Virus record (IMG/VR): IMGVR_UViG_3300033562_000245
Coordinates: 1 to 64,000 of that record
DNA: 64,000 nucleotides
Direction: 5' to 3' (one strand)
From: a virus
The notes under the pieces were generated by a model. It was not told where the DNA came from and searched no databases. It worked only from the letters and a program-made list of their open reading frames with translations. The position numbers and the translations under genes were made by a program. This document shows, piece after piece, positions 28,960 through 39,848 of this stretch. Within the stretch, counting starts at the first letter, position 1, and each line of letters starts with the position of its first letter.

Positions 28960-29010
28960 TTAGGAGACCGCCTTACGGCGGTCTCCTAATTAACACATTT
29001 ATTTTTTTTT
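28960..29010. terminator. terminator between convergent blocks
   Basis: 13-bp stem TTAGGAGACCGCC/GGCGGTCTCCTAA followed by TTTATTTTTTTT. Confidence 0.8.
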
Positions 29011-29075
29011 ACTTAAGAAGCGTGGACACGAAGTTTTATTCAATCAAAAAACTAATTAAATAAAGTTCTCTGTGT

Positions 29076-30617
29076 CTACTTCAAAAGAGTAGACACAAAG
29101 TGATCTGCAAGTATATCTGCTATGAGAGCTACTTCTGCTGTCGTTTTGTCGTTCGTAGTTGCCGTACCTGCGTTACTCAAAACACTCATATAAGCTGTGT
29201 TTGATTTATTGTACAAAGTTTCAATAAACGTATTTTTGTAATATCCGTTAATGATAAACTTATACAAAGTACTAATAACATCGCCGTCCATAGAAACACA
29301 ATCATCAACTATTGACTTTGCATATATATCGAGATTTTCAATAGTACGAATATTATTATCATTCTCGATTTTATTATTCATAGTACGAAGCATGGCATTT
29401 CTTTTAATAGAACCTAGTTCTACAGAAGCCAGTCTACCCAAAGAAGCTCTCTGATTCTGTAGCTCACTCTTTACATTTTCTACAGCAGCAGTAACTGCTT
29501 GGGTATAGATACCTGTCTCAGGTACGTTGTCAATTTTTCTACCATGGATATACATAGAGATGTCCTGATACGTATAACCTTTGTTTGAAATATCAGTATA
29601 CGCATCTGGATTTATAAGAGTAGGACTAAGAATCAATTTATCTCTAAATACATTTTCTCTCATAACATTAACGTAGAAATAATTCATATACATCAATGTT
29701 GATATAAGATTTGTATTCACATTTAGATCGATAGCTTGGTCATGGGAAAGATTCAATGTCTCTTGGATATCGGAAGTATTATTGAATAGATTAATAATAT
29801 CAGTAAAAATCCGGCAGTCTTTAATTGTACCGAGCACAGCTTCAATATCTTTTCTATCGGTTCTCATAAGAGAGATATCTTTAGCTTTGCTTAGTCCGTC
29901 TTTCGTAAATAGAGCAAATACATAATAATTCAATGTTTGGATAGGAAGGTTAAGCTTCTCTGCTAAAAATGATACTATATGATTTATTCTTGTGTCGTTA
30001 GGTTCTACGTTATTAATAATATCTCTTGAATTATAAATATTAGATCTCATATATTCGAGAGTATTATTATAAACAACATTGAATGTACTTAGGTTAAAAG
30101 AAACATCTTTCATTGTAGAAAGATAAGTACAATACTTTTTAAGTTGCTCTAATACGTAACCTTTAGTACCGACACGTTCCACATCTTCCCATCCGACCAT
30201 CTGAAAATCATTTTTATAATCGGACGCTGAAGCCATGTTGTATTCCATAAGAACAGACGAATTAGCAGAAGAAGATGCTACCGCTGCTTCGATATTACTG
30301 TTCATTGAAGAAACGGTTTCTTTGATATGGTCAAGCATATTCAGCGCATTACAGATCTGAGTAGAGTAAGCATCTGCAATTTCTTTAAGGACCATAGCAT
30401 CTCTTCTATAAAGAGGATCTCTAAGTTTATAATAGAAATTATCTATAGCCATTACTGTGGCTTTATTGTTATCGAGATCTGCCGGGATTGTTATAGAAGT
30501 AAGTTTGCCGATAGCCATAGCGAGAGAAGAAGTTGGATTAAGTGTTAGCTTAGGGATCTTCTTATCAGAGGTTATCATATTGGCTAGGATTTTGTGTAGA
30601 ACATCAAATTCATTCAT
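29076..30617 (-). CDS. putative virion structural protein (phiKZ gp86-region)
   Basis: 513 aa helical protein in the structural block; assignment by synteny only. Confidence 0.55.
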   Translation of the reverse strand: MNEFDVLHKILANMITSDKKIPKLTLNPTSSLAMAIGKLTSITIPADLDNNKATVMAIDNFYYKLRDPLYRRDAMVLKEIADAYSTQICNALNMLDHIKETVSSMNSNIEAAVASSSANSSVLMEYNMASASDYKNDFQMVGWEDVERVGTKGYVLEQLKKYCTYLSTMKDVSFNLSTFNVVYNNTLEYMRSNIYNSRDIINNVEPNDTRINHIVSFLAEKLNLPIQTLNYYVFALFTKDGLSKAKDISLMRTDRKDIEAVLGTIKDCRIFTDIINLFNNTSDIQETLNLSHDQAIDLNVNTNLISTLMYMNYFYVNVMRENVFRDKLILSPTLINPDAYTDISNKGYTYQDISMYIHGRKIDNVPETGIYTQAVTAAVENVKSELQNQRASLGRLASVELGSIKRNAMLRTMNNKIENDNNIRTIENLDIYAKSIVDDCVSMDGDVISTLYKFIINGYYKNTFIETLYNKSNTAYMSVLSNAGTATTNDKTTAEVALIADILADHFVSTLLK

Positions 30618-30620
30618 GAT

Positions 30621-30806
30621 TTATTCCTTTCTCAATTCTTGTGCTTTTAGAATAAGTTTATTCACAATAATTGTGTCAAGAACTTCTTTGTCCAGGCTCA
30701 TGCCTCTTTCATTTAATACCGTAGTTACTGCACTTGTTAGTATCGTAAATACAGGTATGTAATTATTCACTGTATTAACAACTTCTGTTTGAGATTGATC
30801 TGCCAT
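30621..30806 (-). CDS. small hypothetical protein
   Basis: 61 aa, RBS AGAAGGA, tightly packed in the operon. Confidence 0.65.
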   Translation of the reverse strand: MADQSQTEVVNTVNNYIPVFTILTSAVTTVLNERGMSLDKEVLDTIIVNKLILKAQELRKE

Positions 30807-30830
30807 TTTTTGTCCTTCTCTTTTATGCTA

Positions 30831-33800
30831 CTAAATAGTAGCGTATTCCAAAGTTAACCCTCTTGCCACACTAATTGTTCCATCTTCATCCAATACTAAA
30901 TATTGCCTTAAATGGGGTTTAGTATCGGTCGACGTAGTTTTTAATGTCTGTAAGGAGGCGTCATCAAAAAACCCTAAAGAATCTATGTTAATAATATAAT
31001 TATTAAGACTCTCTTTTATCTTACTTACTATTACGTCCATGCCGACGATTTTGTCAGAAGAAGTGCTTGTATACTTATCTATAATATTTAGAATGTTGTT
31101 ATATATATTGTTCTGTATAGAAACATCCTTTAATACGTAATCATAAACATACAGTTTAAACTTCATTGTTAGTTCTAGGTTATGGGTATAAAGAATATTA
31201 TTACCTATGTATGATTTAGTTGTCCCTATCGTTCTAATGGGTCTAAAAAATAATTTAGTATTTTCTATTACCTGTTTACCTGCTTCTACTACTACCTTCA
31301 TATAAGAAAGAAGAACCTGACGGCTATAAGTCATTATATTAGTATAGTTAATATTAGTGACCAAATCTAATTTAGCATCTATGTGCAACATATGAATATG
31401 ATAATCTAAATCTCTAGCGTTGGTTACTATAGGCTCTCCGTTAACAAGAACAATATTATCGGCGTAATACCTTACAATATAATCAACAATATCGTAAGTA
31501 GACGTTTCGTCAGGAATTATATTCCATGGTCTATTTATACCAATTTCATTTGTTGTATTACTAAAGATAGGACGCCACTGACCTTGCCCAGTTCCTCCTG
31601 TAATGTGAATTTGATAATTCACATACTGACCGCTAGTAAAAGTTTTAGATAAGTCTTTTAAAGACAATCCGGTGGCAGAGGTGGCAATACCGGATGTTAC
31701 GACATTATCTACTTCTGATGCTTCTGGATCGTTCTTAATATATTCTCCAACAGAATATAACTTAACATATTCTATTAAATTAGTGAGAGGATTATAAATA
31801 GGATCAGGCCCGTATATGTTCCTATCAGCTCTCAAATAAACATCCTCTTCATATTTTGCATATTCGGCGGACTTATAAGAAACATCTACATTGTTATATA
31901 AACAGTTCATATATACACCGAGAGTTAAAGTTGCACTCTGTTCCGATAGTGCGGTATAAGTTGTCTTTAAAGAAATGGGAACTTGGTACCCAATATTAGG
32001 ATTCAGAGCATTCGAACCTAATACTGTTGAGTCAATTAATGTGACAAATGTTCCTGTGAACGACAACGGAATTTCACATCCTTGTTGGTTCCCGTCGGTC
32101 ACCAGATTCGTTAAATAAATTGTATTATCTTTGAACAGAGAATAATTAGTGTCTACATGTACATTGTAAATATGTTTACCGTCATAATCGGCATCAAAAG
32201 TTGCTACTGCGCCGACCTTAATTCCTTTTACATCTTGAGTATAGAAATATACGGTAACATCATCGGGAGTAAAAGTACCTATAAAGTTAACCATCAATCT
32301 AATATCGTAACCGTTTAAACCGTCATGGGTAATAGCTACAGCGTCTATGGTAACTTGAACATCAGCGTCTAAGTTTTCACCTAAAGACATTAAACTTGTA
32401 GCTGTCGGTTGATTTAAATCATACGTATACGAGATAGGGTATCTGTTACTTCTTTCTAATCGAACATGGTAAGGTTGTTTAGTATAAATGTTACTGTTAT
32501 AATCATTTATTTTATTAAAACTATTCTTAGCATTTAAGGCGATATATTCAACGTCGGTTAACGGAGTACATACGTCATTAATCGAATCGTACTTAAATAT
32601 AGCATTAGGCATTATAGTAATACTACCATCTATATTTTCTTTTATCGTTAATGCACTAGCAGTTACAATATCATTATTAATAAAAGTAGATACGAAACCT
32701 GCTGCTATTACATTACCAAATGAATTAGTAAGCTGTTTATGACATAAGAATATAAGATCGGTTATATTACATTCCAACCTTGACGACGTAAAACCAAAAT
32801 CATTAAAGTAAGCTTCTATTTCCGATGGAGAAGTAAGAACTTGTTTATAGAAAGAGTTATTAATAACCTTAGTTCTTAACTCTGTAGAATCGAGACCGTT
32901 AGTCCCTCCTATAATTACTTTATCCGTAGGTGCTAGAATCAAAGACTCCATCCTATCCAAAATCGACGAATAAGGATCGGCGGTGGTGATTTTAAAATCA
33001 ACCGTTAACTCACTCGCATTGATTGCTGATACTTCTACGTTTAGTTCGCCCTTGGTCGTATATATTTCAATCTTCATCTTTGTCTTTAAAAGACCGTTGG
33101 TAAAATATATAGGAGGTATACTAATTTGTAACTGAGAAGTATTAGGGTCTACAACGAATTGCACTGTCGGTGTATCTATGTCATAAATTGTTTCTGACAA
33201 AGTTACATTTAGAGAATCCCATTTAGCAGTGGTACTATTGTAATTGAATACTCTAAGAGCATAAAACTCATCGATATAGTTATAAACTTTAACAAACCCT
33301 GCATCCGGGGTAACTGCTTCTGTTGTTATAGCTTTTACAAATTGATACACGGGTATATCTATCTGTAAAAAGGTTAGACCTGAGATTTTGACTTCTCTCA
33401 TATTAAAAGAGTTTTCATCTATGGTCTGAAGGGGGTTAGGAGACGAGGTATCATAATAAGCAATAATAGCACTAGTACTTTTGTTTATCTTTATTATGAT
33501 AGGGTAATAAATACCAAACTGATAACTACCTAAAGTAAAAGATGTATTTTCAGGTATAATTATTTGTTGATAATTATCATCGAGACTCTTTGCGTTATGT
33601 ACTAGATATTGTTTCTCCATCAGCATTGTTATCGTAAAAGCTGCCGGTGTTGAATACACTCCAATAAAATCATAACTTGACATATGTTTGTATAAATCTT
33701 CAGGCGTCGTAGCTCTTAGTTTATATAAAACATCTATGTTTTGTTTACAGGCTAACATACTGTCGGCTATAGTAGCAGCAAACTTTTCCATTAGAAACAT

Positions 33801-33923
33801 AGGAACATTATTTGCATCTACTATAGGGACGCCTCCAGTGATCCTTGCTGCCAGATCATCAAGAGCATTCGCTTTTATTGTACATGGATCTAAGAACATA
33901 TCCATCATGTTTGAAGTGGACAT
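30831..33923 (-). CDS. virion baseplate-like structural protein (phiKZ gp87-like)
   Basis: 1030 aa; N-terminal IVDANNVPMFLME, ATTPEDLYKHMSSYD, IGIYYPIII-like segments; C-terminal INIDSLGF. Confidence 0.75.
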   Translation of the reverse strand: MSTSNMMDMFLDPCTIKANALDDLAARITGGVPIVDANNVPMFLMEKFAATIADSMLACKQNIDVLYKLRATTPEDLYKHMSSYDFIGVYSTPAAFTITMLMEKQYLVHNAKSLDDNYQQIIIPENTSFTLGSYQFGIYYPIIIKINKSTSAIIAYYDTSSPNPLQTIDENSFNMREVKISGLTFLQIDIPVYQFVKAITTEAVTPDAGFVKVYNYIDEFYALRVFNYNSTTAKWDSLNVTLSETIYDIDTPTVQFVVDPNTSQLQISIPPIYFTNGLLKTKMKIEIYTTKGELNVEVSAINASELTVDFKITTADPYSSILDRMESLILAPTDKVIIGGTNGLDSTELRTKVINNSFYKQVLTSPSEIEAYFNDFGFTSSRLECNITDLIFLCHKQLTNSFGNVIAAGFVSTFINNDIVTASALTIKENIDGSITIMPNAIFKYDSINDVCTPLTDVEYIALNAKNSFNKINDYNSNIYTKQPYHVRLERSNRYPISYTYDLNQPTATSLMSLGENLDADVQVTIDAVAITHDGLNGYDIRLMVNFIGTFTPDDVTVYFYTQDVKGIKVGAVATFDADYDGKHIYNVHVDTNYSLFKDNTIYLTNLVTDGNQQGCEIPLSFTGTFVTLIDSTVLGSNALNPNIGYQVPISLKTTYTALSEQSATLTLGVYMNCLYNNVDVSYKSAEYAKYEEDVYLRADRNIYGPDPIYNPLTNLIEYVKLYSVGEYIKNDPEASEVDNVVTSGIATSATGLSLKDLSKTFTSGQYVNYQIHITGGTGQGQWRPIFSNTTNEIGINRPWNIIPDETSTYDIVDYIVRYYADNIVLVNGEPIVTNARDLDYHIHMLHIDAKLDLVTNINYTNIMTYSRQVLLSYMKVVVEAGKQVIENTKLFFRPIRTIGTTKSYIGNNILYTHNLELTMKFKLYVYDYVLKDVSIQNNIYNNILNIIDKYTSTSSDKIVGMDVIVSKIKESLNNYIINIDSLGFFDDASLQTLKTTSTDTKPHLRQYLVLDEDGTISVARGLTLEYATI

Positions 33924-33974
33924 TAAATCCTCCAGTGTTATCTATCTCGGGAACTAAATCCCTATGAGTGTTAT

Positions 33975-36347
33975 TTATTTCTTAAGAACAGCGGGAGCGG
34001 CAGCCGGTTTCGCCGACGCGGCCTTGGTCGCTTTGATCGCGGCAACCCGATCGTCCCAGATGTCGACCCCAGGTATCTTTTTATGCACGTACATTAAACC
34101 ATTGGGAGAGTCTACGATATACGGTAATCCCGACATGTTATGCCTTGTTAAATTGGGTATATTTTCACACCCGCCTATACCGGGACAATACCGATGGGCT
34201 AATTTATTAAAATCGTATATGATAGAAGGTCTATTGTACTCTACTACATTACCTACAAATGGTATAGAATACCTTCCCGATGAAGATATAAATCTTTCAT
34301 TTTCAGATGTATTCATAATAGCACCAATAGGAACTGATTTTGGGAAACAACCTGTAACTTTACAGAAGTTTGTAATAAATGTTTTAGAAGGATCTAAGTT
34401 AAACCTATATATACTTACAGTATAAGGAAGCATTTGAGCATCTACAAATTCTTTATACGCCATAATTTGACCGCTTCTCAACATTTGTATACAAGTAACC
34501 CATAATTGAAACAACAACATCAACGGCCCGCCTTGCGGGTCTTTAAATGTCAAGTTTAAATCGACCGATCTAAACAAGCCTAGACCGCCTTTGGCATACG
34601 TCTGATCTTCTTGATGAAAACCACCTTCTGTTGTTTCTGTTTCTAGATAAGGATCGGGAAACCCGCTTATACTAGTTATACCGTTACAGACAGGAATTAA
34701 CCATGGGGAATATCGATTAAATGATGGGCATGCCGCAATAGCGTCGGTGGCTTTCTGGGTCGCAGCGTATTTACTAAAAAATGTGTCCATGTAACATCGA
34801 ATAATAAATGCAATAGAGTTACAGTCGTATGTATCGAACAAGCTTAAAAAGTCATCCTGACGAAGAGAGGAATCTTGCATAGGCAAACAAGGTCTGGTCA
34901 TAAGAGTGATGTCGGCGCATTCATGATTAGGTAGCATCGTATTCAACTGATTTCTATCTAGATTGTATAGAAAACTATTGAGCGGGTTTACTCTACTTCC
35001 TCTTCCGCTTGATGCATGTATACTGTCAGTCCATGTTTTTAATTTCCCTCTGATATCAGTCTTTAAATTTTTGAGATTGCTGTTCTTTCCGTCGCGTTCT
35101 GTTAAATCATTAACGCGTTTGTCTTTCGCCGTACTTGCGGGTATGATGTCACCAAAACCCATAGACATTTCGGCCGACATTGACGCAGCTGCGTCTATCC
35201 CTGCACTAAGAGGCACCAAACTAGAACTTGTTTTAGCAGCTAGTGTTTCTACTTCCCAATGTTTAAATTGCGTAGCAACTACTTCTTTTATTTCTTTTAA
35301 TTGGTACGTAGGTATTTGTATATTAGAGGGGGGTGTTAAGTTATCAGAATCACTGACACGTAAAGAAGACGAAAAAGCTTTAGTAAAAGCAGCATCGCTT
35401 GCCGTCTGTGCATTGGCCTCTGCTTCTATTGTGTCGGAGTCAAATTCTGAGTATGGTTTAGGTTTGGAAAGCCCAAGGGATTCTTCAGCGGCAGTGATAC
35501 CGAGCGCATCGTCTTGAGCTCTTTCGGCTTCAGCTTTTAATTCTCTTTCTCTGCGTTCTAAATTGTCGACCGTGGCCCAGGCAGCTTCGTCGTAGTTGTT
35601 GTCAGGAGAAGAATTTGCAATATCGATGGCATCTTGTTTACGCTGGGCTATTTCCATCTGAGCATCGGCAATAAGAGTGACATGTTCTTGCTGTCTATCT
35701 AATTTATCTATTTGGTTGAATTGTTCATTAGATAACTCGTCACCGGATGATAAATCTCGAAGTAAACTCTCTTTCTGATCTTGTAATGCGGATACGGTAC
35801 TGTACTCAACATCGGCTATGTTGCGTTGCTCTTCTACTACTCTAGCTATGCCGGCTTCTTCTTGTTCGAGATCGTTTATTGCTGTTGCATTGTGTGTAAA
35901 ATCACTACGTGCGGTAGTATTCGAATAAATCTCATTTTTTTGATTATCGATGTCGGTTAATTTATTTGCATTTTCATTTATAATTTCAGATTGGCGATCT
36001 AAACTATCAAGAACAGCAGAAGCCCCCTCGTCTCCTCTATTATAAACAGGTTCCCTGAATTCTTCTCTTCTTTCTGCTATCGCATCCATCCCATCTTCTA
36101 TACGTTCTAAATCGTCGACAGAAGTTGAAGCAGAGGTACTATCTTCATATTCAGACTCTTTAAACATTTCTCTAACGCTTTTGGCGTGCATCAATTCCAT
36201 TGTCGCAGCGCGGTCAGTTTTAGCGTCGGGCCAATCATCCTCGTTATCAGAATTCTTTCTTTTCGCCAATTCCGCGCATCTTTGTTCTGCGGCTTTTATA
36301 TCGGCTTCTAATTTAGCCAGTCTATCTTGTGTCTGTTGATTCGCCAT
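33975..36347 (-). CDS. virion structural protein (phiKZ gp88-like) with long acidic N-terminal extension
   Basis: C-terminal ITLMTRPCL, ISGFPDP, PYTVSIYRFNLD, GCFPKSVPIG motifs. Confidence 0.75.
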   Translation of the reverse strand: MANQQTQDRLAKLEADIKAAEQRCAELAKRKNSDNEDDWPDAKTDRAATMELMHAKSVREMFKESEYEDSTSASTSVDDLERIEDGMDAIAERREEFREPVYNRGDEGASAVLDSLDRQSEIINENANKLTDIDNQKNEIYSNTTARSDFTHNATAINDLEQEEAGIARVVEEQRNIADVEYSTVSALQDQKESLLRDLSSGDELSNEQFNQIDKLDRQQEHVTLIADAQMEIAQRKQDAIDIANSSPDNNYDEAAWATVDNLERRERELKAEAERAQDDALGITAAEESLGLSKPKPYSEFDSDTIEAEANAQTASDAAFTKAFSSSLRVSDSDNLTPPSNIQIPTYQLKEIKEVVATQFKHWEVETLAAKTSSSLVPLSAGIDAAASMSAEMSMGFGDIIPASTAKDKRVNDLTERDGKNSNLKNLKTDIRGKLKTWTDSIHASSGRGSRVNPLNSFLYNLDRNQLNTMLPNHECADITLMTRPCLPMQDSSLRQDDFLSLFDTYDCNSIAFIIRCYMDTFFSKYAATQKATDAIAACPSFNRYSPWLIPVCNGITSISGFPDPYLETETTEGGFHQEDQTYAKGGLGLFRSVDLNLTFKDPQGGPLMLLFQLWVTCIQMLRSGQIMAYKEFVDAQMLPYTVSIYRFNLDPSKTFITNFCKVTGCFPKSVPIGAIMNTSENERFISSSGRYSIPFVGNVVEYNRPSIIYDFNKLAHRYCPGIGGCENIPNLTRHNMSGLPYIVDSPNGLMYVHKKIPGVDIWDDRVAAIKATKAASAKPAAAPAVLKK

Positions 36348-36589
36348 GTTGTTACCTTTTTTAACACACTTGTATGTCGTATACGAATACTATCATATAG
36401 TTCAGAATGGTTATATACTAGAGGAATCTTATCCCTCTTTGTAATTTATTATGTAAGTTAACAAAATTTAATGACCTTATATTAGATCCTAAGGATCTAG
36501 CTAAGGTTTGATCATACTATCTTGATGAATAAAAAACAATTTGGTTATTTATTTATCGCTACCCAATGCATGTTCAGAAGGAGTTTTCC

Positions 36590-37678
36590 ATGAGTATAGT
36601 CGGTGAAATTTATACAGGTGTTTCCAACGTCGTAAAGACTCTTATTGACGCTATTCCAATCGGAACAGTAGAACATAGCGTTACTCAAATGGCTCAGCCG
36701 GCTATGTTGAATCATAGAGTAATTATAGAAGAGAGTCTAGCTAACTCTTCTATCATGCCAGCCGTTATGTCATTCCTTAATCAGCAAGTTGTAGGTTATG
36801 TTCTTACGGCCGTTCAACTTGGAAACTATGTATCTGACGGTAGAACAGTTAAAGATGTTATTTCTAGAATTTCAACCGAGTCCTTTGTAAATTCGGTAGA
36901 CTTGATTTCATTCGACGGTATTCCTAAAGAAAAACTACATCCAGAAACATTAAAAGCTATCGAAGATAAAACAATAATGGGTTTGGAGGCAAGCCAGACT
37001 GTTATTGATCTAGAAACCAAAAGTACAAGATTACTATCCTCTAGAGTTATTGAAGTAGATCTATCTATAGACAAAGAAGGTAAATCGATTAAAGTAAAAC
37101 TAGGCGTGTACCTTCTACCTTATTTTGTTAATACACAAATTATGGGTATACTTCTAGATACCCACAATCAATCCGGATTCTTTATTAGATGGAAGAAAGT
37201 AACGGCAGGTGAAATCAGTTTCTTCAAAGATTTTATTTTCTGTTTCGATCTAATTGAAAAATACAATAAAACTTTGAAAGCTGACCCTAAGAATAAGATT
37301 GGTGATGTTCTTAGAGAAAATCATATGAAAGAATTTCAGTCATATGTTCAGAGATTGAAGAAAGTAGAAAATAAGAATATGAATATAGCTTCTACTATAA
37401 TCATTGCAGACCATAAAACTATTCAAAGAAATGCGTCCGATTCGGGGTCTAATTTGGACGATTATAATACCAGACAAGAATTCTTTAATAAATCTCTAGT
37501 TATGATTCTGGTTGTTGTTGATGATATGTTCAATACCGTTAAGGTATATTACAATGGTATGAAAATGTATGCTACATGTACATTCGATACTCTAAATCGC
37601 ATCGGACAAAAATCAGATTCTTACGATCTTAAGGATATTATTACTGCTTTCGGTGGCAATCAAAATATTAGATACTAA
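36590..37678 (+). CDS. internal head protein (phiKZ gp89-like)
   Basis: STE and GLE cleavage-like motifs, RWKKVTAGEISFFKDFIF; start re-called at 36590 (SD AAGGAG). Confidence 0.75.
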   Translation: MSIVGEIYTGVSNVVKTLIDAIPIGTVEHSVTQMAQPAMLNHRVIIEESLANSSIMPAVMSFLNQQVVGYVLTAVQLGNYVSDGRTVKDVISRISTESFVNSVDLISFDGIPKEKLHPETLKAIEDKTIMGLEASQTVIDLETKSTRLLSSRVIEVDLSIDKEGKSIKVKLGVYLLPYFVNTQIMGILLDTHNQSGFFIRWKKVTAGEISFFKDFIFCFDLIEKYNKTLKADPKNKIGDVLRENHMKEFQSYVQRLKKVENKNMNIASTIIIADHKTIQRNASDSGSNLDDYNTRQEFFNKSLVMILVVVDDMFNTVKVYYNGMKMYATCTFDTLNRIGQKSDSYDLKDIITAFGGNQNIRY

Positions 37679-37695
37679 AACAGAGGGAACTAGCA

Positions 37696-38673
37696 ATGGG
37701 CGATACAATTCAGGACCTGTACGGAACAATTAAAAATATGTTCGAGAAACAAAAAGACGCCTCTGTTAAGAAACAGGATCTTCTAAAAGAGATGCGTGAT
37801 ATTCTTACACGAGCTAGGACTATTAGTTCTATTTTATCTTCCGACGATGTTCAGACTTTCAAACTTGAAAAATATTACAATGAAGTAATGAAAGATAGAA
37901 GTAAAGGATATGCACAGGCTTATCTAAACTTCTATGCTAAACTATCAACTAAAGCAAAAAGAACAGAAGATGTGTTAATGATGTCGTCTCTTACTTTTGC
38001 TGTTACTCAGAGTATTAGTATTCTATCCGATCTAGTAGATAACCTTGATAAATATATCGGTGTTACTGAAATTAATGAACATAACATGAAGATATCTCAT
38101 GCCGGCGTATTGAACTTCGTGTATGCGGTAAGGCATATCTGTAATTTCACTGTATTTATGTTCTGCGGTATAATGTCTGACATCAGTCCGAGTAAAATCA
38201 TTACTCCCAAATATAGGATACTTTATCTAGAACACCTAAACGACAATATGGCAGTTCTAGTTAATAATATTGTTAACTACAATATTTTTAAAGATACGGT
38301 ATCTTCTATCGACGAATTACAGAAGATGGGTAAAGATCTATTTATTATTAATACCGATACAAAATCGGACAATGGGGATCTAGCCAAACTTCTTCAGAGT
38401 AATCTAACGATTACATTCCCTTTCCATCTAACGATTCCTAATATTTTTCTTATGCTAGGTAGGACTTACCATGATATTGTTCATTGGTGGAATACTCGAA
38501 ATTTGAAAGAGAAAGAGTGGATGGAAACTAGGGTTGCTCTTCTGAGACTTCAGTTGGATAACGTAGATCCTAGTAGTCCGGAGTATGCTAAACTGTCCGA
38601 TGTTGTTCTTAAGTATGACAACATTATTACAGAATACGACGCTAAGCTTAAGAAATACTTTACAGAACTTTAA
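37696..38673 (+). CDS. internal head protein (phiKZ gp90-like)
   Basis: 325 aa; C-terminal KEWMETRVALLRLQL coiled coil; follows the gp89-like gene. Confidence 0.7.
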   Translation: MGDTIQDLYGTIKNMFEKQKDASVKKQDLLKEMRDILTRARTISSILSSDDVQTFKLEKYYNEVMKDRSKGYAQAYLNFYAKLSTKAKRTEDVLMMSSLTFAVTQSISILSDLVDNLDKYIGVTEINEHNMKISHAGVLNFVYAVRHICNFTVFMFCGIMSDISPSKIITPKYRILYLEHLNDNMAVLVNNIVNYNIFKDTVSSIDELQKMGKDLFIINTDTKSDNGDLAKLLQSNLTITFPFHLTIPNIFLMLGRTYHDIVHWWNTRNLKEKEWMETRVALLRLQLDNVDPSSPEYAKLSDVVLKYDNIITEYDAKLKKYFTEL

Positions 38674-38689
38674 ACGAAAGGAGGTTAGC

Positions 38690-39748
38690 GTGCAATTACC
38701 AGGACCGAACGTTTCTAGTTCTAATAGGCCTTCTTTCGAAATTATTAAAGATGCCATAGAGAAAAAAGAATTTGTAAGTTTCTACGATAGTACCGGCATA
38801 GTTGCTATCCATATTTTAGAGAATATGAAAGCATTGTCGTACGAGAAGATCTCTATTTCTAATAGTTTAGCTGAAATATTTTTTATCAATACCTGCGTAG
38901 TTAAAAACGGTTATGCTGATAACTACAACGATCAAAACGATATAGAAGCTATGATTAGAGTTTATGAACGAGAGATTATAGATTACTATCAAAATAGTTA
39001 TAACAATCTCTTGGACTCAATAGTTACTAAATTCTTTATGAAAATATGTAGAGGATCAAGGCAGTTAAGTATTCATAAAAGTATATTTAATGTTTATAAA
39101 GAGATTATTTCTCTATGTAAAAGTAAGAGGAATATAACTCCCCATATATCTGATTTTGAACAGATTCAGAACAAGATAACTGCTATGTACAGCATATCCA
39201 AAAATGAATTATTCTACTCAGAAAAAGAATTAGCAAATATCAACGTTGATACAAATTACGATAATTCATTTATTAAAATTCATAAAGATGAGATAGAAGA
39301 ATGTCAGTTTGTATTCGATGAATTAGATCGATACAAGAGACTTAAGTTGATAAGTTATGATACCCATAAAAAATGTATCATTAATTTATACTTGTTCATG
39401 CTTTATAGTTATATGAATGTTAGCGATAATTTATATTTCTATCAGTACGATTTCTTTGGTCGTAAACCTTCGGGAAAGTCTATCGATACTGAATCTATTT
39501 CTGAATATGTCAAATTTAATTCGATTTACTATTCTAAAGATATTAATATCAATAACTTACCGAATATATCCAAAGAAACAGCTATTATGTACGACACTAA
39601 GATAAACTATAATCTTAATAAGATTAATAACATCGACAGTGAAGGAAAAGACTTATTACTTGCAATTAGATTTTTTCAAAGAACAGGGATGGAAGATTCA
39701 TACGGTGAATGCTACCCTTCTGTTCCTGATAGCGATTACAATTGTTAG
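38690..39748 (+). CDS. hypothetical protein in virion block
   Basis: GTG start with AAGGAGG (the track starts at 38585, overlapping the previous gene). Confidence 0.65.
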   Translation: MQLPGPNVSSSNRPSFEIIKDAIEKKEFVSFYDSTGIVAIHILENMKALSYEKISISNSLAEIFFINTCVVKNGYADNYNDQNDIEAMIRVYEREIIDYYQNSYNNLLDSIVTKFFMKICRGSRQLSIHKSIFNVYKEIISLCKSKRNITPHISDFEQIQNKITAMYSISKNELFYSEKELANINVDTNYDNSFIKIHKDEIEECQFVFDELDRYKRLKLISYDTHKKCIINLYLFMLYSYMNVSDNLYFYQYDFFGRKPSGKSIDTESISEYVKFNSIYYSKDININNLPNISKETAIMYDTKINYNLNKINNIDSEGKDLLLAIRFFQRTGMEDSYGECYPSVPDSDYNC

Positions 39749-39848
39749 TATAGATAATATAGGAAAAATAGTTGTTTGGTAGCAACTATATGTATTAGCG
39801 TGAAATCAAAACGATCTTAAATTGTATCATTCCATGGAGGAAATATAA

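Noticed and set aside
29076-30617. Possible chimallin (nuclear shell) gene
   Set aside because: No recognisable chimallin motifs; its position fits the virion structural block
33964-35517. Plus-strand ORFs of 153 and 184 aa
   Set aside because: Antisense to the gp88-like gene, with no independent signal
36484-36498. AGATCCT-A-AGGATCT palindrome in a divergent promoter gap as an operator
   Set aside because: Single short AT-rich occurrence with no second copy found
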